Assembly (NCBI GenBank): GCA_913775795.1
Contig: CAJYLT010000042.1
Coordinates: forward strand, 8,669 to 72,668
From: an uncultured Sphingomonas sp.
GTDB taxonomy: Bacteria; Pseudomonadota; Alphaproteobacteria; Sphingomonadales; Sphingomonadaceae
Direction: 5' to 3'
Length of the DNA stretch: 64,000 nucleotides
The notes beneath the pieces are model-generated. The model was not told the origin of the DNA, made no database searches, and saw only the letters and a program-made list of their open reading frames with translations. Of the stretch, positions 19,486 through 30,872 are shown piece after piece. Positions within the stretch are counted from its first letter, which is position 1, and every line of letters starts with the position of its first letter. A program made the position numbers and the translations under genes.

Positions 19486-19500
19486 GAACGAATAAAGAAC
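19486..19500 (-). promoter_or_regulatory. LexA (SOS) box, alphaproteobacterial type
   Basis: Minus strand reads GTTCtttattcGTTC, an exact GTTC-N7-GTTC with AT-rich spacer, in the 92-bp gap about 64 bp upstream of the ATG at 19422. Confidence 0.72.
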
Positions 19501-19514
19501 GATCGAACGGTTAT

Positions 19515-20741
19515 CTATTTGTTCGTCATGGCGCGGGCCTGTGCCACGAACTGCTCGAGGATCATCGGCCGGCTCCAGCGTTCGATCGCCCGCTGTCGTG
19601 CGGCCCGACCCAGTGCCGCGCACTGATCCGGATCGTCGAGCAGCGTTCGGATCGATTCGGCGAGCGCCACTGCATCGCCGGGCGGCGATACGAGCCCGCA
19701 GCCGGCCACCTCGTCCGCAATCCCCGTGCCCGGCGCAGCCGTCGCGGCGATCGGCCGGCCCGACGCCAGCATGTTCGCCATTTTCGAAGGCAGGACCAGG
19801 TCGGCCGCCTCCGAAATCTGCGGCAGGAGATGCACCGTCGCCAGACCGAGCAGCTCGCCAAGCGCCTCTCGGGGCTGAAGGTCGTGGAGTTGCACGTTGT
19901 CGAGCTCGCGGCTCATCGCCGCCAGCCGCTCCCGATTGGGTCCCTGGCCGCAGATCACGAAGAGCAGGTCGTCGCGATCGCGCAGCAGGCGCGCGGCTTC
20001 GATGACGATCTCGATGCCCTGCTTGTTGGCGATGTTGCCCGAATAAAGCGCGACATGGCGATCGCCGACCTGCCACTCGCGGCGGAACAGGGAGGGGCGG
20101 TCAAGCGGCTCGATCGCGTCGATCTCCGCCCAGTTGCGTAGCTCGCCGATCCGGTCCGGTGCGACGCCCTTGGCTGCCAGCCGGCGACACATCTGGGGCG
20201 ATATCGTCGTGATCCGGTCGGCCTGCGCAAGCAGGCGCCGCTCGGTCGCGTGTGCCAGGCGTGCGGCCCGGCTGCCCGCCGGGATCAGCCCCGTCGCCTC
20301 GGCCGCGTCGACCTCGAAGTCCTGAAGGTGCACCCAGAGCGGACAGCCGGCCCGGCGCGCCGCGCGCCGCGCGACCGGAATGCTCAGCAGCGACGGCGCG
20401 ATTGCGAGGATCAGGTCGGGGCGCCCCTCGGCGATCGAGCCGCGCATCGCCGCCCACGCGGCGGCGGCGAAGCTGGCATGGTGCGCGATCCGCCGCGCAC
20501 CGCTGGGATTGCGGGGTACGTAAAGGGGGACGCGCACCACCTTTACCCCGTTCTCGACCCGCCGCTTGATCCGGCGGCTGCGATAGCCGTCGGCGATCCG
20601 CCAGTCGGGATAATAGGGCTGGGCGGTGACGACGGTGACGTCGTATCCCGCCGCCGCGAACGCCTCGGCCACGCCGCTGGTATATACGGCGATGCCGACC
20701 GGCTCAGGCGCGTAGTTTATGCCAAGGATAACGATCTTCAT
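19515..20741 (-). CDS. wcaI: WcaI-family glycosyltransferase (GT4, probable fucosyltransferase)
   Basis: MKIVILGINYAPEPVGIAVYT, RVPLYVP, HLQDFEVDAA, YSGNIANKQG, HLLPQ..AADLVLPSK. Confidence 0.92.
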   Translation of the reverse strand: MKIVILGINYAPEPVGIAVYTSGVAEAFAAAGYDVTVVTAQPYYPDWRIADGYRSRRIKRRVENGVKVVRVPLYVPRNPSGARRIAHHASFAAAAWAAMRGSIAEGRPDLILAIAPSLLSIPVARRAARRAGCPLWVHLQDFEVDAAEATGLIPAGSRAARLAHATERRLLAQADRITTISPQMCRRLAAKGVAPDRIGELRNWAEIDAIEPLDRPSLFRREWQVGDRHVALYSGNIANKQGIEIVIEAARLLRDRDDLLFVICGQGPNRERLAAMSRELDNVQLHDLQPREALGELLGLATVHLLPQISEAADLVLPSKMANMLASGRPIAATAAPGTGIADEVAGCGLVSPPGDAVALAESIRTLLDDPDQCAALGRAARQRAIERWSRPMILEQFVAQARAMTNK

Positions 20742-20813
20742 GTCACGCGACGCCCGTGGCTCAGGTGGAGGATCGGCAATTCGAGAACCCTGGGGTCCGG
20801 CCGCGACAGCCGA

Positions 20814-22247
<1,434 letters not shown>

Positions 22248-22344
22248 TTTGCCCCCTTGGCGCGATCAAGCGGACGGTCGTTCTTTAACGCACCTGCCAT
22301 CGCTCATCTGCGGCCGGACCCAACTAGCCACGCCTTGTCTTTAG

Positions 22345-22356
22345 TGCAGTGCAACA
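22345..22356. promoter_or_regulatory. Candidate PhaR/AniA-type operator
   Basis: TGCAGTGCAACA (TGC-N3-GCA core) in the AT-rich region about 100 bp upstream of the priming transferase. Confidence 0.35.
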
Positions 22357-22588
22357 ACGTTATCAAAGTATTTCTATACGACTAGGATCGTACCGTAGTG
22401 CATCCACGGCCGCCGAACGTGATGCGGCTCAGGCGCACCAACCAAACGAACGAATTGATTTTGCGCGACGTTCACGAGCGGCGCCGAAGGCCGGTCTTGT
22501 TGGCCAAGCGGGCGGACCGTCTGGAAACGGCACAGCCGGCCCGACGCTCGGCAGCGGGTGTCCCGGCAAGAAATGCGACTCGCGCCGG

Positions 22589-23587
22589 TCAGCGTTCGTG
22601 GAAGCTGCGGTACCAGTCGACGAACCGCGGCACGCCTTCGGCCAGCGACGTGCGCGGCGCAAACCCCAGGTCGCCGGCGATCGCGGCGATGTCGGCATAG
22701 GTGGCGGGGACATCGCCCGGCTGCATCTCGCGATGCTCGCGGATGGCGGGGCGGCCGCACGCCGCCTCGATCAGGTCGATGAGCGTGCCGAGCTGTTCGG
22801 GGTGGTTGTTGCCGATATTGTACAGTCGATGCGGGGCGCGGCTGCCCCCGGCCTTACCCGCGCCGTCGTCGGGCGGCGGGTTGTCGAGGCAGGCGACGAC
22901 ACCGGCGACGATATCGTCGATATAGGTGAAGTCGCGCTGCATCCGGCCGTGGTTGAATACCTGGATCGGTCGCCCCTCCAGGATCGCGCTGGTAAACAGC
23001 CACATCGCCATGTCGGGGCGACCCCATGGCCCATAGACGGTGAAAAAGCGGAGGCCCGTCTGTGGGATGCGATAGAGATGCGCGTAGGTCTCGCTCATCA
23101 GCTCGTCGGCCTTCTTGGTCGCGGCGTATAGCGAGACGGGATGATCGACGCGATCCTCGACCGAGAACGGCAGCTTCTCGTTCGCGCCATAGACCGAGGA
23201 GGACGAGGCATAGACGAGGTGACGCACCCCCCGGTGGCGCGCGAGTTCGAGCAGGTTGACGTGCCCGACCAGGTTCGAGCGGACATAGGCACGCGGATTT
23301 TCGAGCGAGTAACGCACGCCCGCCTGCGCCCCCAGATGGGCGATCCGGTCGAACGCCACCCCTGCAAGCGCGGTATCGAGCGCCGTCTCGTCGGCGAAGT
23401 CGAGCCGGTGGAAGGCGAACGTATCGCCATGACGGCGGGCCAGCGTGTCGAGCCGCGCCTGCTTAAGCGCCGGATCGTAATAGGCATTGAGGTCGTCGAT
23501 GCCGATCACCCGCTCGCCGCGCGCCAGCAGCGCATCGGCCAGGTGAAAGCCGATGAACCCGGCCGCGCCCGTCACCAAGATCGTCAT
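22589..23587 (-). CDS. UDP-glucuronate 4-epimerase (extended SDR)
   Basis: LVTGAAGFIG, HLGAQAGVRYSLENP, SLYAATKK, FTVYGPWGRPDM, MQPGDV. Confidence 0.93.
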   Translation of the reverse strand: MTILVTGAAGFIGFHLADALLARGERVIGIDDLNAYYDPALKQARLDTLARRHGDTFAFHRLDFADETALDTALAGVAFDRIAHLGAQAGVRYSLENPRAYVRSNLVGHVNLLELARHRGVRHLVYASSSSVYGANEKLPFSVEDRVDHPVSLYAATKKADELMSETYAHLYRIPQTGLRFFTVYGPWGRPDMAMWLFTSAILEGRPIQVFNHGRMQRDFTYIDDIVAGVVACLDNPPPDDGAGKAGGSRAPHRLYNIGNNHPEQLGTLIDLIEAACGRPAIREHREMQPGDVPATYADIAAIAGDLGFAPRTSLAEGVPRFVDWYRSFHER

Positions 23588-23735
23588 TCCGCCATCCGTC
23601 CCATGGGTGTCGTTCGCTCGCTATAGCCGCGGTTCTTGCCAAAGCGTCACGGGTCATTGCGAAATCGGCCGCGCGGGCCGGTTTGCATCCCCGTTTCGCG
23701 CCGGCTAGACCCGCGCCGGGCAAAGGGAGGCATTC

Positions 23736-24605
23736 GTGGCAGAGGCAAGGGTTCGGACGGCGGTATTTCCCGTAGGAGGGCTGGGCACCCGTTTTCTACC
23801 CGCGACCAAGGCGATTCCGAAGGAAATGCTGCCCGTCGTCGACCGGCCGCTGATCCAATATGCCGTCGACGAGGCGATCGAGGCGGGGATCGAGCGGCTG
23901 ATCTTCGTCACCGGGCGCGGCAAGTCGGCGATCGAGGATCATTTCGACATCGCCTATGAGCTCGAGGCGACGATGGGTGCGCGAGGCAAGGACCTGTCGG
24001 TCCTGACCCCGACCCGCCGGACGCCGGGCGACATTGTCTATGTCCGCCAGCAGGAGCCGATCGGTCTCGGCCACGCGGTCTGGTGCGCGCGGCACGTCGT
24101 CGGCGACGAGCCCTTCGCGATCTTCCTCCCCGACGAATTGATGGTCGGCACGCCCGGCTGCATGGCGCAGATGGTTGCGGCCTATGAAAAGGTTGGCGGC
24201 AACGTCGTCTGCGGCTATGAAGTGCCCCAGGATCAGACGGACAAATACGGCATCGTCGAGCCGGGCGCGGTCGACGGCGACCTGGTCGAGGTGAAGGGGC
24301 TGGTCGAAAAGCCGAAGCGCGGCACCGCGCCGTCCAACTTGATGATCCCCGGCCGCTACATCCTCCAGCCCGACGTGATGCGCATCCTCGAGACGCAGGG
24401 ACCGGGCGCGGGGAACGAGATCCAGCTGACCGACGCGATGGCGCAGCTGATCGGGCGCCAGCCGTTCCACGCGTTCAAGTTCGGCGGCGAGCGCTACGAT
24501 TGCGGCGACAAGGCCGGGTTTGCCACGGCCAACTTCGCGCTGTCGCTGGAGCGCGAGGAGATCGGCGACAAGCTGCGCGAATTCGCAAAGGCGCGGCTCG
24601 CTTGA
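23736..24605 (+). CDS. galU: UTP-glucose-1-phosphate uridylyltransferase
   Basis: PVGGLGTRFLPATKAIPKEML, GLGHAV, VEKP, EIQLTDA, YDCGDK. Confidence 0.96.
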   Translation: MAEARVRTAVFPVGGLGTRFLPATKAIPKEMLPVVDRPLIQYAVDEAIEAGIERLIFVTGRGKSAIEDHFDIAYELEATMGARGKDLSVLTPTRRTPGDIVYVRQQEPIGLGHAVWCARHVVGDEPFAIFLPDELMVGTPGCMAQMVAAYEKVGGNVVCGYEVPQDQTDKYGIVEPGAVDGDLVEVKGLVEKPKRGTAPSNLMIPGRYILQPDVMRILETQGPGAGNEIQLTDAMAQLIGRQPFHAFKFGGERYDCGDKAGFATANFALSLEREEIGDKLREFAKARLA

Positions 24606-24607
24606 AT

Positions 24608-24642
24608 CGTCGTCACCCCGGATCAGGTCCGGGGTGACGATG
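24608..24642. repeat. Palindromic REP-like element / bidirectional hairpin between convergent genes
   Basis: Perfect 13-bp stem tcgtcaccccgga-tcagg-tccggggtgacga; no U-tract. Confidence 0.7.
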
Positions 24643-24645
24643 GAT

Positions 24646-24909
24646 TTAGGCGGCGGTGTTTCCGCCGGCCAGCTTCGCCTCGAGCGCCTCGATCCGCGCC
24701 TTGAGCGCGTCGTTCTCGTCGCGGGCGGCGGCGGCCATGGCCTTTACCGCCTCGAACTCGTCGCGCGCCACGAAGTCGAGCCCGCCGATCCACTCGCGCG
24801 CGCGCTCGCGCGCGGCCGACTCGGCCTCGCGGCCCATGCCGGCGATCGTGCCGGCGGCGCCGTTCAGGATCTTGGCGAAATCGTCGAACAGGCGGTTTTC
24901 GGTCTGCAT
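24646..24909 (-). CDS. UbiK/BMFP family accessory factor
   Basis: MQTENRLFDDFAK..LDFVARDEFEAVKAMA..L.ARIEALE coiled coil. Confidence 0.85.
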   Translation of the reverse strand: MQTENRLFDDFAKILNGAAGTIAGMGREAESAARERAREWIGGLDFVARDEFEAVKAMAAAARDENDALKARIEALEAKLAGGNTAA

Positions 24910-24928
24910 GATGTAAGTGTCCGGTTGT

Positions 24929-25489
24929 TCAGAGCTGAATCTGGGTGGTGCTGCCCGAGGGCACAAGGGTTTCGCCGTTCGGGTTCAGCCGATCGATCTC
25001 GAACGCGAGGATCGAGGCGAAGGTCAGCCAGGCGAGATACGGCACCATCAGCCACGCAGCCTGTCGCCGTACCCGCGCAAAGGCGAAGGTGGTGGCGATC
25101 GCCAGTGCGAGGATGACGATGATCTCGACCGCCGCAAAGCTGACGAGGTGCATGCCAAAGAAGATGATCGACCAGGTAAGATTGACCAGCAACTGCACGA
25201 CGAACAGCGCGATCGCGATGCCGCGCCCCTTCGCCCCGCGGGCGTTAAGGATCATCGCGATCGCCACGCCCATCAGGATGTAGAGGATCGACCATACGAC
25301 GGGAAACGCCCAGCCCGGCGGCTGCCAGCTCGGCTTCGACAGCGCCTGGTACCAGGGATTGGCATCGCCCGACGGCACGACGGCGCCGGCCGCGAAGCCA
25401 AGGAAGAGCACCAGCGGCACCGTCACGAACGCCCAGCGGGCGTAGGACCAGCGCAATTGTCCCTTCGAGGCGATCTCTCGCATTCCCAT
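24929..25489 (-). CDS. tspO: TspO/MBR tryptophan-rich sensory protein
   Basis: WYQALSKPSWQPPGWAFPVVWSILY, NLTWS.IFFG, VPYLAWLTFA; start could be 25483. Confidence 0.93.
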   Translation of the reverse strand: MGMREIASKGQLRWSYARWAFVTVPLVLFLGFAAGAVVPSGDANPWYQALSKPSWQPPGWAFPVVWSILYILMGVAIAMILNARGAKGRGIAIALFVVQLLVNLTWSIIFFGMHLVSFAAVEIIVILALAIATTFAFARVRRQAAWLMVPYLAWLTFASILAFEIDRLNPNGETLVPSGSTTQIQL

Positions 25490-25549
25490 CCTTTGCTTCT
25501 CGGGTCGATCCGAATTGGCGCCAAGCCGTAGCGGGGCAGGCGGCGGGCA

Positions 25550-26299
25550 TCAATCGGGCGTATCGTCGCCCCGGCGTGCCGAAATCAGAAACTCGACATT
25601 CCCCTCCGGCCCGGTGATCGGGCTTTGCGTCACGCCCTCGACGGTCCAGCCGATGCCGATCAGCCAGTCGGCAACCTCGCGGCAAACACGCTCGTGGACT
25701 GCGGGATCGCGGACCACGCCGCCCTTGCCGACCTCCTCGCGCCCCGCCTCGAACTGCGGCTTGATGAGCGCGACGAGGCGGCCGCCGGGGCGGACGAAGG
25801 CGAGGGGGCGGTCGAGCACCTTGGCGAGGCCGATGAAGCTGGCGTCACACACGACGAGGTCGATGGGTTCGGGGATGTGCGCGTCGGTCAGGATGCGCGC
25901 GCTGGTCTGTTCGTGAACGACGACGCGGTCGTCCTGCCGCAGCTTCCACGCCAGCTGATTGGTGCCCGAATCGACCGCATACACGCGGACCGCGCCGCGC
26001 GTCAGCAATACGTCGGTAAAGCCACCGGTGGAGGAGCCCACGTCGATCGCGACCGCGCCCGCCACGTCGATTTCGAACGCCGTCAGCGCATGGTCGAGCT
26101 TGATCCCGCCGCGCGACACCCAGGGATGGTCGCGCCCGCGCACCTCGATCGCCGCATCCTCGGGCAGGGCGGTGCCGGGTTTGTCGAGCTTCCGCTCGCC
26201 CGAAAAGACGAGGCCCGCCATTACCAGCGCCTGGGCACGGCTGCGGCTTTCGGCGAGGCCGCGATCGACGATGATCTGGTCGAGGCGCTTCTTGGGCAT
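25550..26299 (-). CDS. tlyA: TlyA family rRNA methyltransferase
   Basis: S4-like KRLDQ, WVSRGGIKL, DVGSSTGGFTD, LIKPQFE, SPITGPEGNVE. Confidence 0.95.
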   Translation of the reverse strand: MPKKRLDQIIVDRGLAESRSRAQALVMAGLVFSGERKLDKPGTALPEDAAIEVRGRDHPWVSRGGIKLDHALTAFEIDVAGAVAIDVGSSTGGFTDVLLTRGAVRVYAVDSGTNQLAWKLRQDDRVVVHEQTSARILTDAHIPEPIDLVVCDASFIGLAKVLDRPLAFVRPGGRLVALIKPQFEAGREEVGKGGVVRDPAVHERVCREVADWLIGIGWTVEGVTQSPITGPEGNVEFLISARRGDDTPD

Positions 26300-26357
26300 G
26301 GCCCCGCCTAGCGACGAACCGCTCGGCGCAAAAGCCCCGCCGCCCACCGGGAACCTA

Positions 26358-26386
26358 TTGCATACTCCGAGAGTAGGAATTAAATC
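26358..26386 (+). promoter_or_regulatory. Sigma70-like promoter with a palindrome in its spacer
   Basis: TTGCAT-17-TAAATC; TACTC-cga-GAGTA inverted repeat at 26363-26375. Confidence 0.5.
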
Positions 26387-26477
26387 ATCGAGTGACGAGG
26401 GCGGTTGCCCGCCGGCCGTACCCCTAGAGCGACTTTTCGGGCGCCGTCCCCGTCACCCTGTTCAAAGGAGAGCGGCC

Positions 26478-27143
26478 ATGACGATCTTCTCCGAAAGCCC
26501 CGCACGGCCCGTCGTGCTGACGGTGCCCGGTCTCGGCTGCTCGGGACCCAGCCACTGGCAGAGCCTGTGGGAGGATACGCTGCCCGACACCCAGCGGGTC
26601 GAGCTGGGCATGTGGAACAAGCCGCATCGCAACGCCTGGGTGACGAAGCTCGACCAGGCGATCCGCACGACGCGCGCGCCGGTGGTGCTGGTGGCGCACA
26701 GCCTCGGCTGCCTCGCGGTCGCGTGGTGGGCGGCGCTGTCGCCGCAGCCCTATGGCTGGCCGGTCGCGGGCGCGCTGCTGGTGGCGCCCGCCGACGTGGA
26801 TCGCGCCGACGTCCATCCCGACATCGCCGCGTTCAAGCCGTCGCCGCGCCAGCTGCTGCCATTCCCGTCGATCCTCGTCGCTTCCACCGACGATCCGTGG
26901 ATCGAAATCGAGAAGGCACGCAGCCTCGCCGCGCAGTGGGGCAGCCACTTCGTCGATGCCGGCGCGCAGGGGCATCTCAATGCCGCCAGCGGGATCGGCA
27001 GCTGGATCGAGGGTCAGGACCTGCTCGAACGGTTGATCGACGCCTCCACCGACCGCCGCGGCCAGCCGCGAACAGCGGGCGAGGCGCGGCAGGTGCTGGC
27101 GATCAACGCGACCGAGGCAGCGGAGCGGCATTACCTGCGCTGA
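26478..27143 (+). CDS. RBBP9/YdeN family alpha/beta hydrolase
   Basis: VPGLG.SG..HWQ, AHSLG nucleophile elbow, STDDPW, GHLN; AAGGAG RBS. Confidence 0.92.
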   Translation: MTIFSESPARPVVLTVPGLGCSGPSHWQSLWEDTLPDTQRVELGMWNKPHRNAWVTKLDQAIRTTRAPVVLVAHSLGCLAVAWWAALSPQPYGWPVAGALLVAPADVDRADVHPDIAAFKPSPRQLLPFPSILVASTDDPWIEIEKARSLAAQWGSHFVDAGAQGHLNAASGIGSWIEGQDLLERLIDASTDRRGQPRTAGEARQVLAINATEAAERHYLR

Positions 27144-27152
27144 CCGACCGGA

Positions 27153-29207
<2,055 letters not shown>

Positions 29208-29283
29208 AACGGCTCCCCGAACGGCTCAGCGCCATTCGTTAGCACCGAAACGTCCGCCGGGATGCCCCGTTTCTTGGGTAGTC

Positions 29284-30000
29284 TCAGCCCTTGGCGGCGT
29301 AGACCAGGGCGCCTTCGCCCAGATGGTCGAACACGCGCTGCAACTCGGTCTCGCCCACCGCGAAGCAACCCTGGCTGCGGCCAAGCTTGCCGTGCGTGGT
29401 CAGCATGTCCTTGTTCGCGTACCAGGCGGCGTGGATGACGATCGCGCGGGCAAGCGCGTTCGAGTTGGTCGGGTCGAGCCCGATCAGCCGCTGCGACCGG
29501 CCGTGCTGGCCGACATAGTAATTGTCCGCGACGAACGCGCCCTCGCACGTCGCCTCCGACCCGTCGTCGTTCGAGAAGCGCTGAAGGAATGCGGTGTGGC
29601 CGGGGTCGGAGCCGATGCCATGCGCGACAAGGAGCTTGTCGACGCGGCCGTTCGCCACGTCGATCAGCGCAAGGCGCGAGCGGTAGGAAGCGGGCGTGAA
29701 GTCGATGATCGCGATGCGGTCGCGCTGGCGAAGCTGGCCGGCATTGGCATCGCGCGCGGCCATCGCGCGCTCGACCAGCGCCTGCGACACGCCGGGTATG
29801 CGCGGCATCGCCGGTGCGGCGGCGGCAACGACTGCCGGCTGCGCCACCGGGGCGACGCGCGGTGCCGGCTTGGTGCCGAGGCTGCTCACCGACTGGAGCG
29901 GCTGACGCATGCAGCCCGGCACGAAGATCGCCGCCGCGGCGATCCCGCCCGCGCGCAGCATCCCCCGGCGGGACGCGGTTCCGGTTAACAAGTCGTTCAC
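29284..30000 (-). CDS. Murein L,D-transpeptidase catalytic-domain family protein, probably a Tat lipoprotein
   Basis: SRRGML twin-Arg, VPGC lipobox-like, VAHG.GSD, RAIVIH.A..GRSQGCFAV catalytic His/Cys. Confidence 0.88.
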   Translation of the reverse strand: MNDLLTGTASRRGMLRAGGIAAAAIFVPGCMRQPLQSVSSLGTKPAPRVAPVAQPAVVAAAAPAMPRIPGVSQALVERAMAARDANAGQLRQRDRIAIIDFTPASYRSRLALIDVANGRVDKLLVAHGIGSDPGHTAFLQRFSNDDGSEATCEGAFVADNYYVGQHGRSQRLIGLDPTNSNALARAIVIHAAWYANKDMLTTHGKLGRSQGCFAVGETELQRVFDHLGEGALVYAAKG

Positions 30001-30010
30001 GATGAGCTAA
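29985..30010. promoter_or_regulatory. Candidate tandem CtrA sites (TTAA-N7-TTCA-N7-CTAA)
   Basis: TTAAcaagtcgTTCAcgatgagCTAA at the junction of the divergent L,D-transpeptidase genes. Confidence 0.4.
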
Positions 30011-30032
30011 GCCCCACCACTGGTCTTGGCAT

Positions 30033-30872
30033 ATGCGGGCATATAGCATGACGGCACCGGATTTTCGGGGACTTGACGCCGCCTCGCCCGCGCTTTCGTC
30101 CCGGCGAAACCACGGTTCGCCGAGAGCGGCACGGATATTGCGCCGAGCCGTGGCACCTTTCGTCGCCGCGCTGCTGATGCTGGCGGGGGCGGCCGCCATT
30201 CCAGCGTTCGCGCAGCTTCCCGATCTCGAATCGCGGGCGCAGTCATTGCGGAACGGCGAGTATGTCTGGGCGGACCGCGGCGGCGAAGGCGCGGTGGCGA
30301 TCGTCGTCAGCCTCGCCGATCAGGTCGCCTATGTCTATCGCGGCGGCGCGCTTATCGGGGTGTCGACGATCTCGACCGGCAAGCCTGGCAAGTCGACGCC
30401 GGCGGGCGAATTCACGATCCTGCAGAAGAAGGTCTTCCACCGCTCGAATCTCTATTCGAACGCGCCGATGCCCTACATGCAGCGGCTGACCTGGACCGGC
30501 ATTGCGCTCCATGCGGGGCATCTGCCGGGCTATCCCGCCTCGCACGGCTGCATCCGGTTCCCCGCGGCGTTCGCCAAGCAGCTTTACGCGATCACCGAGA
30601 TGGGCGGCGCGGTCAGCGTCGTGCCCGACGTGGCGCGCGGTCCCGCGCGCCCGCAGCCGCGCGAACTGCCGCCGGTGCGGATGGCGCAGGCGCCGCGCGC
30701 TGCCGCGCCGGTGCTGGTGGCGGATGCGCGCGGGGCACTGCGTCACGACGACGAAGTGCGAGCCGGTGAGGACAGCGCCGCGCCGCGGATCGAGGTTGCG
30801 GCCGAAACCGCCTCTTTCGCCAGCTACGATGCGGTGTTCGCCCAAGGGTACGGCGCGCGCGGCGCCGATTAG
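30033..30872 (+). CDS. YkuD-family L,D-transpeptidase
   Basis: ISTGKPGKSTPAG.F, IALHAGHLPGYPASHGCIR; signal-like segment ending AFA; true start may be downstream. Confidence 0.9.
   Translation: MRAYSMTAPDFRGLDAASPALSSRRNHGSPRAARILRRAVAPFVAALLMLAGAAAIPAFAQLPDLESRAQSLRNGEYVWADRGGEGAVAIVVSLADQVAYVYRGGALIGVSTISTGKPGKSTPAGEFTILQKKVFHRSNLYSNAPMPYMQRLTWTGIALHAGHLPGYPASHGCIRFPAAFAKQLYAITEMGGAVSVVPDVARGPARPQPRELPPVRMAQAPRAAAPVLVADARGALRHDDEVRAGEDSAAPRIEVAAETASFASYDAVFAQGYGARGAD

Noticed and set aside
22400-22588. Possible ncRNA or small ORF in the long gap between the priming transferase and the epimerase
   Set aside because: No recognisable RNA family, terminator or convincing RBS-ORF
25550-26299. 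TlyA as a haemolysin or virulence factor
   Set aside because: Motifs are those of the housekeeping rRNA 2'-O-methyltransferase, in an ordinary context
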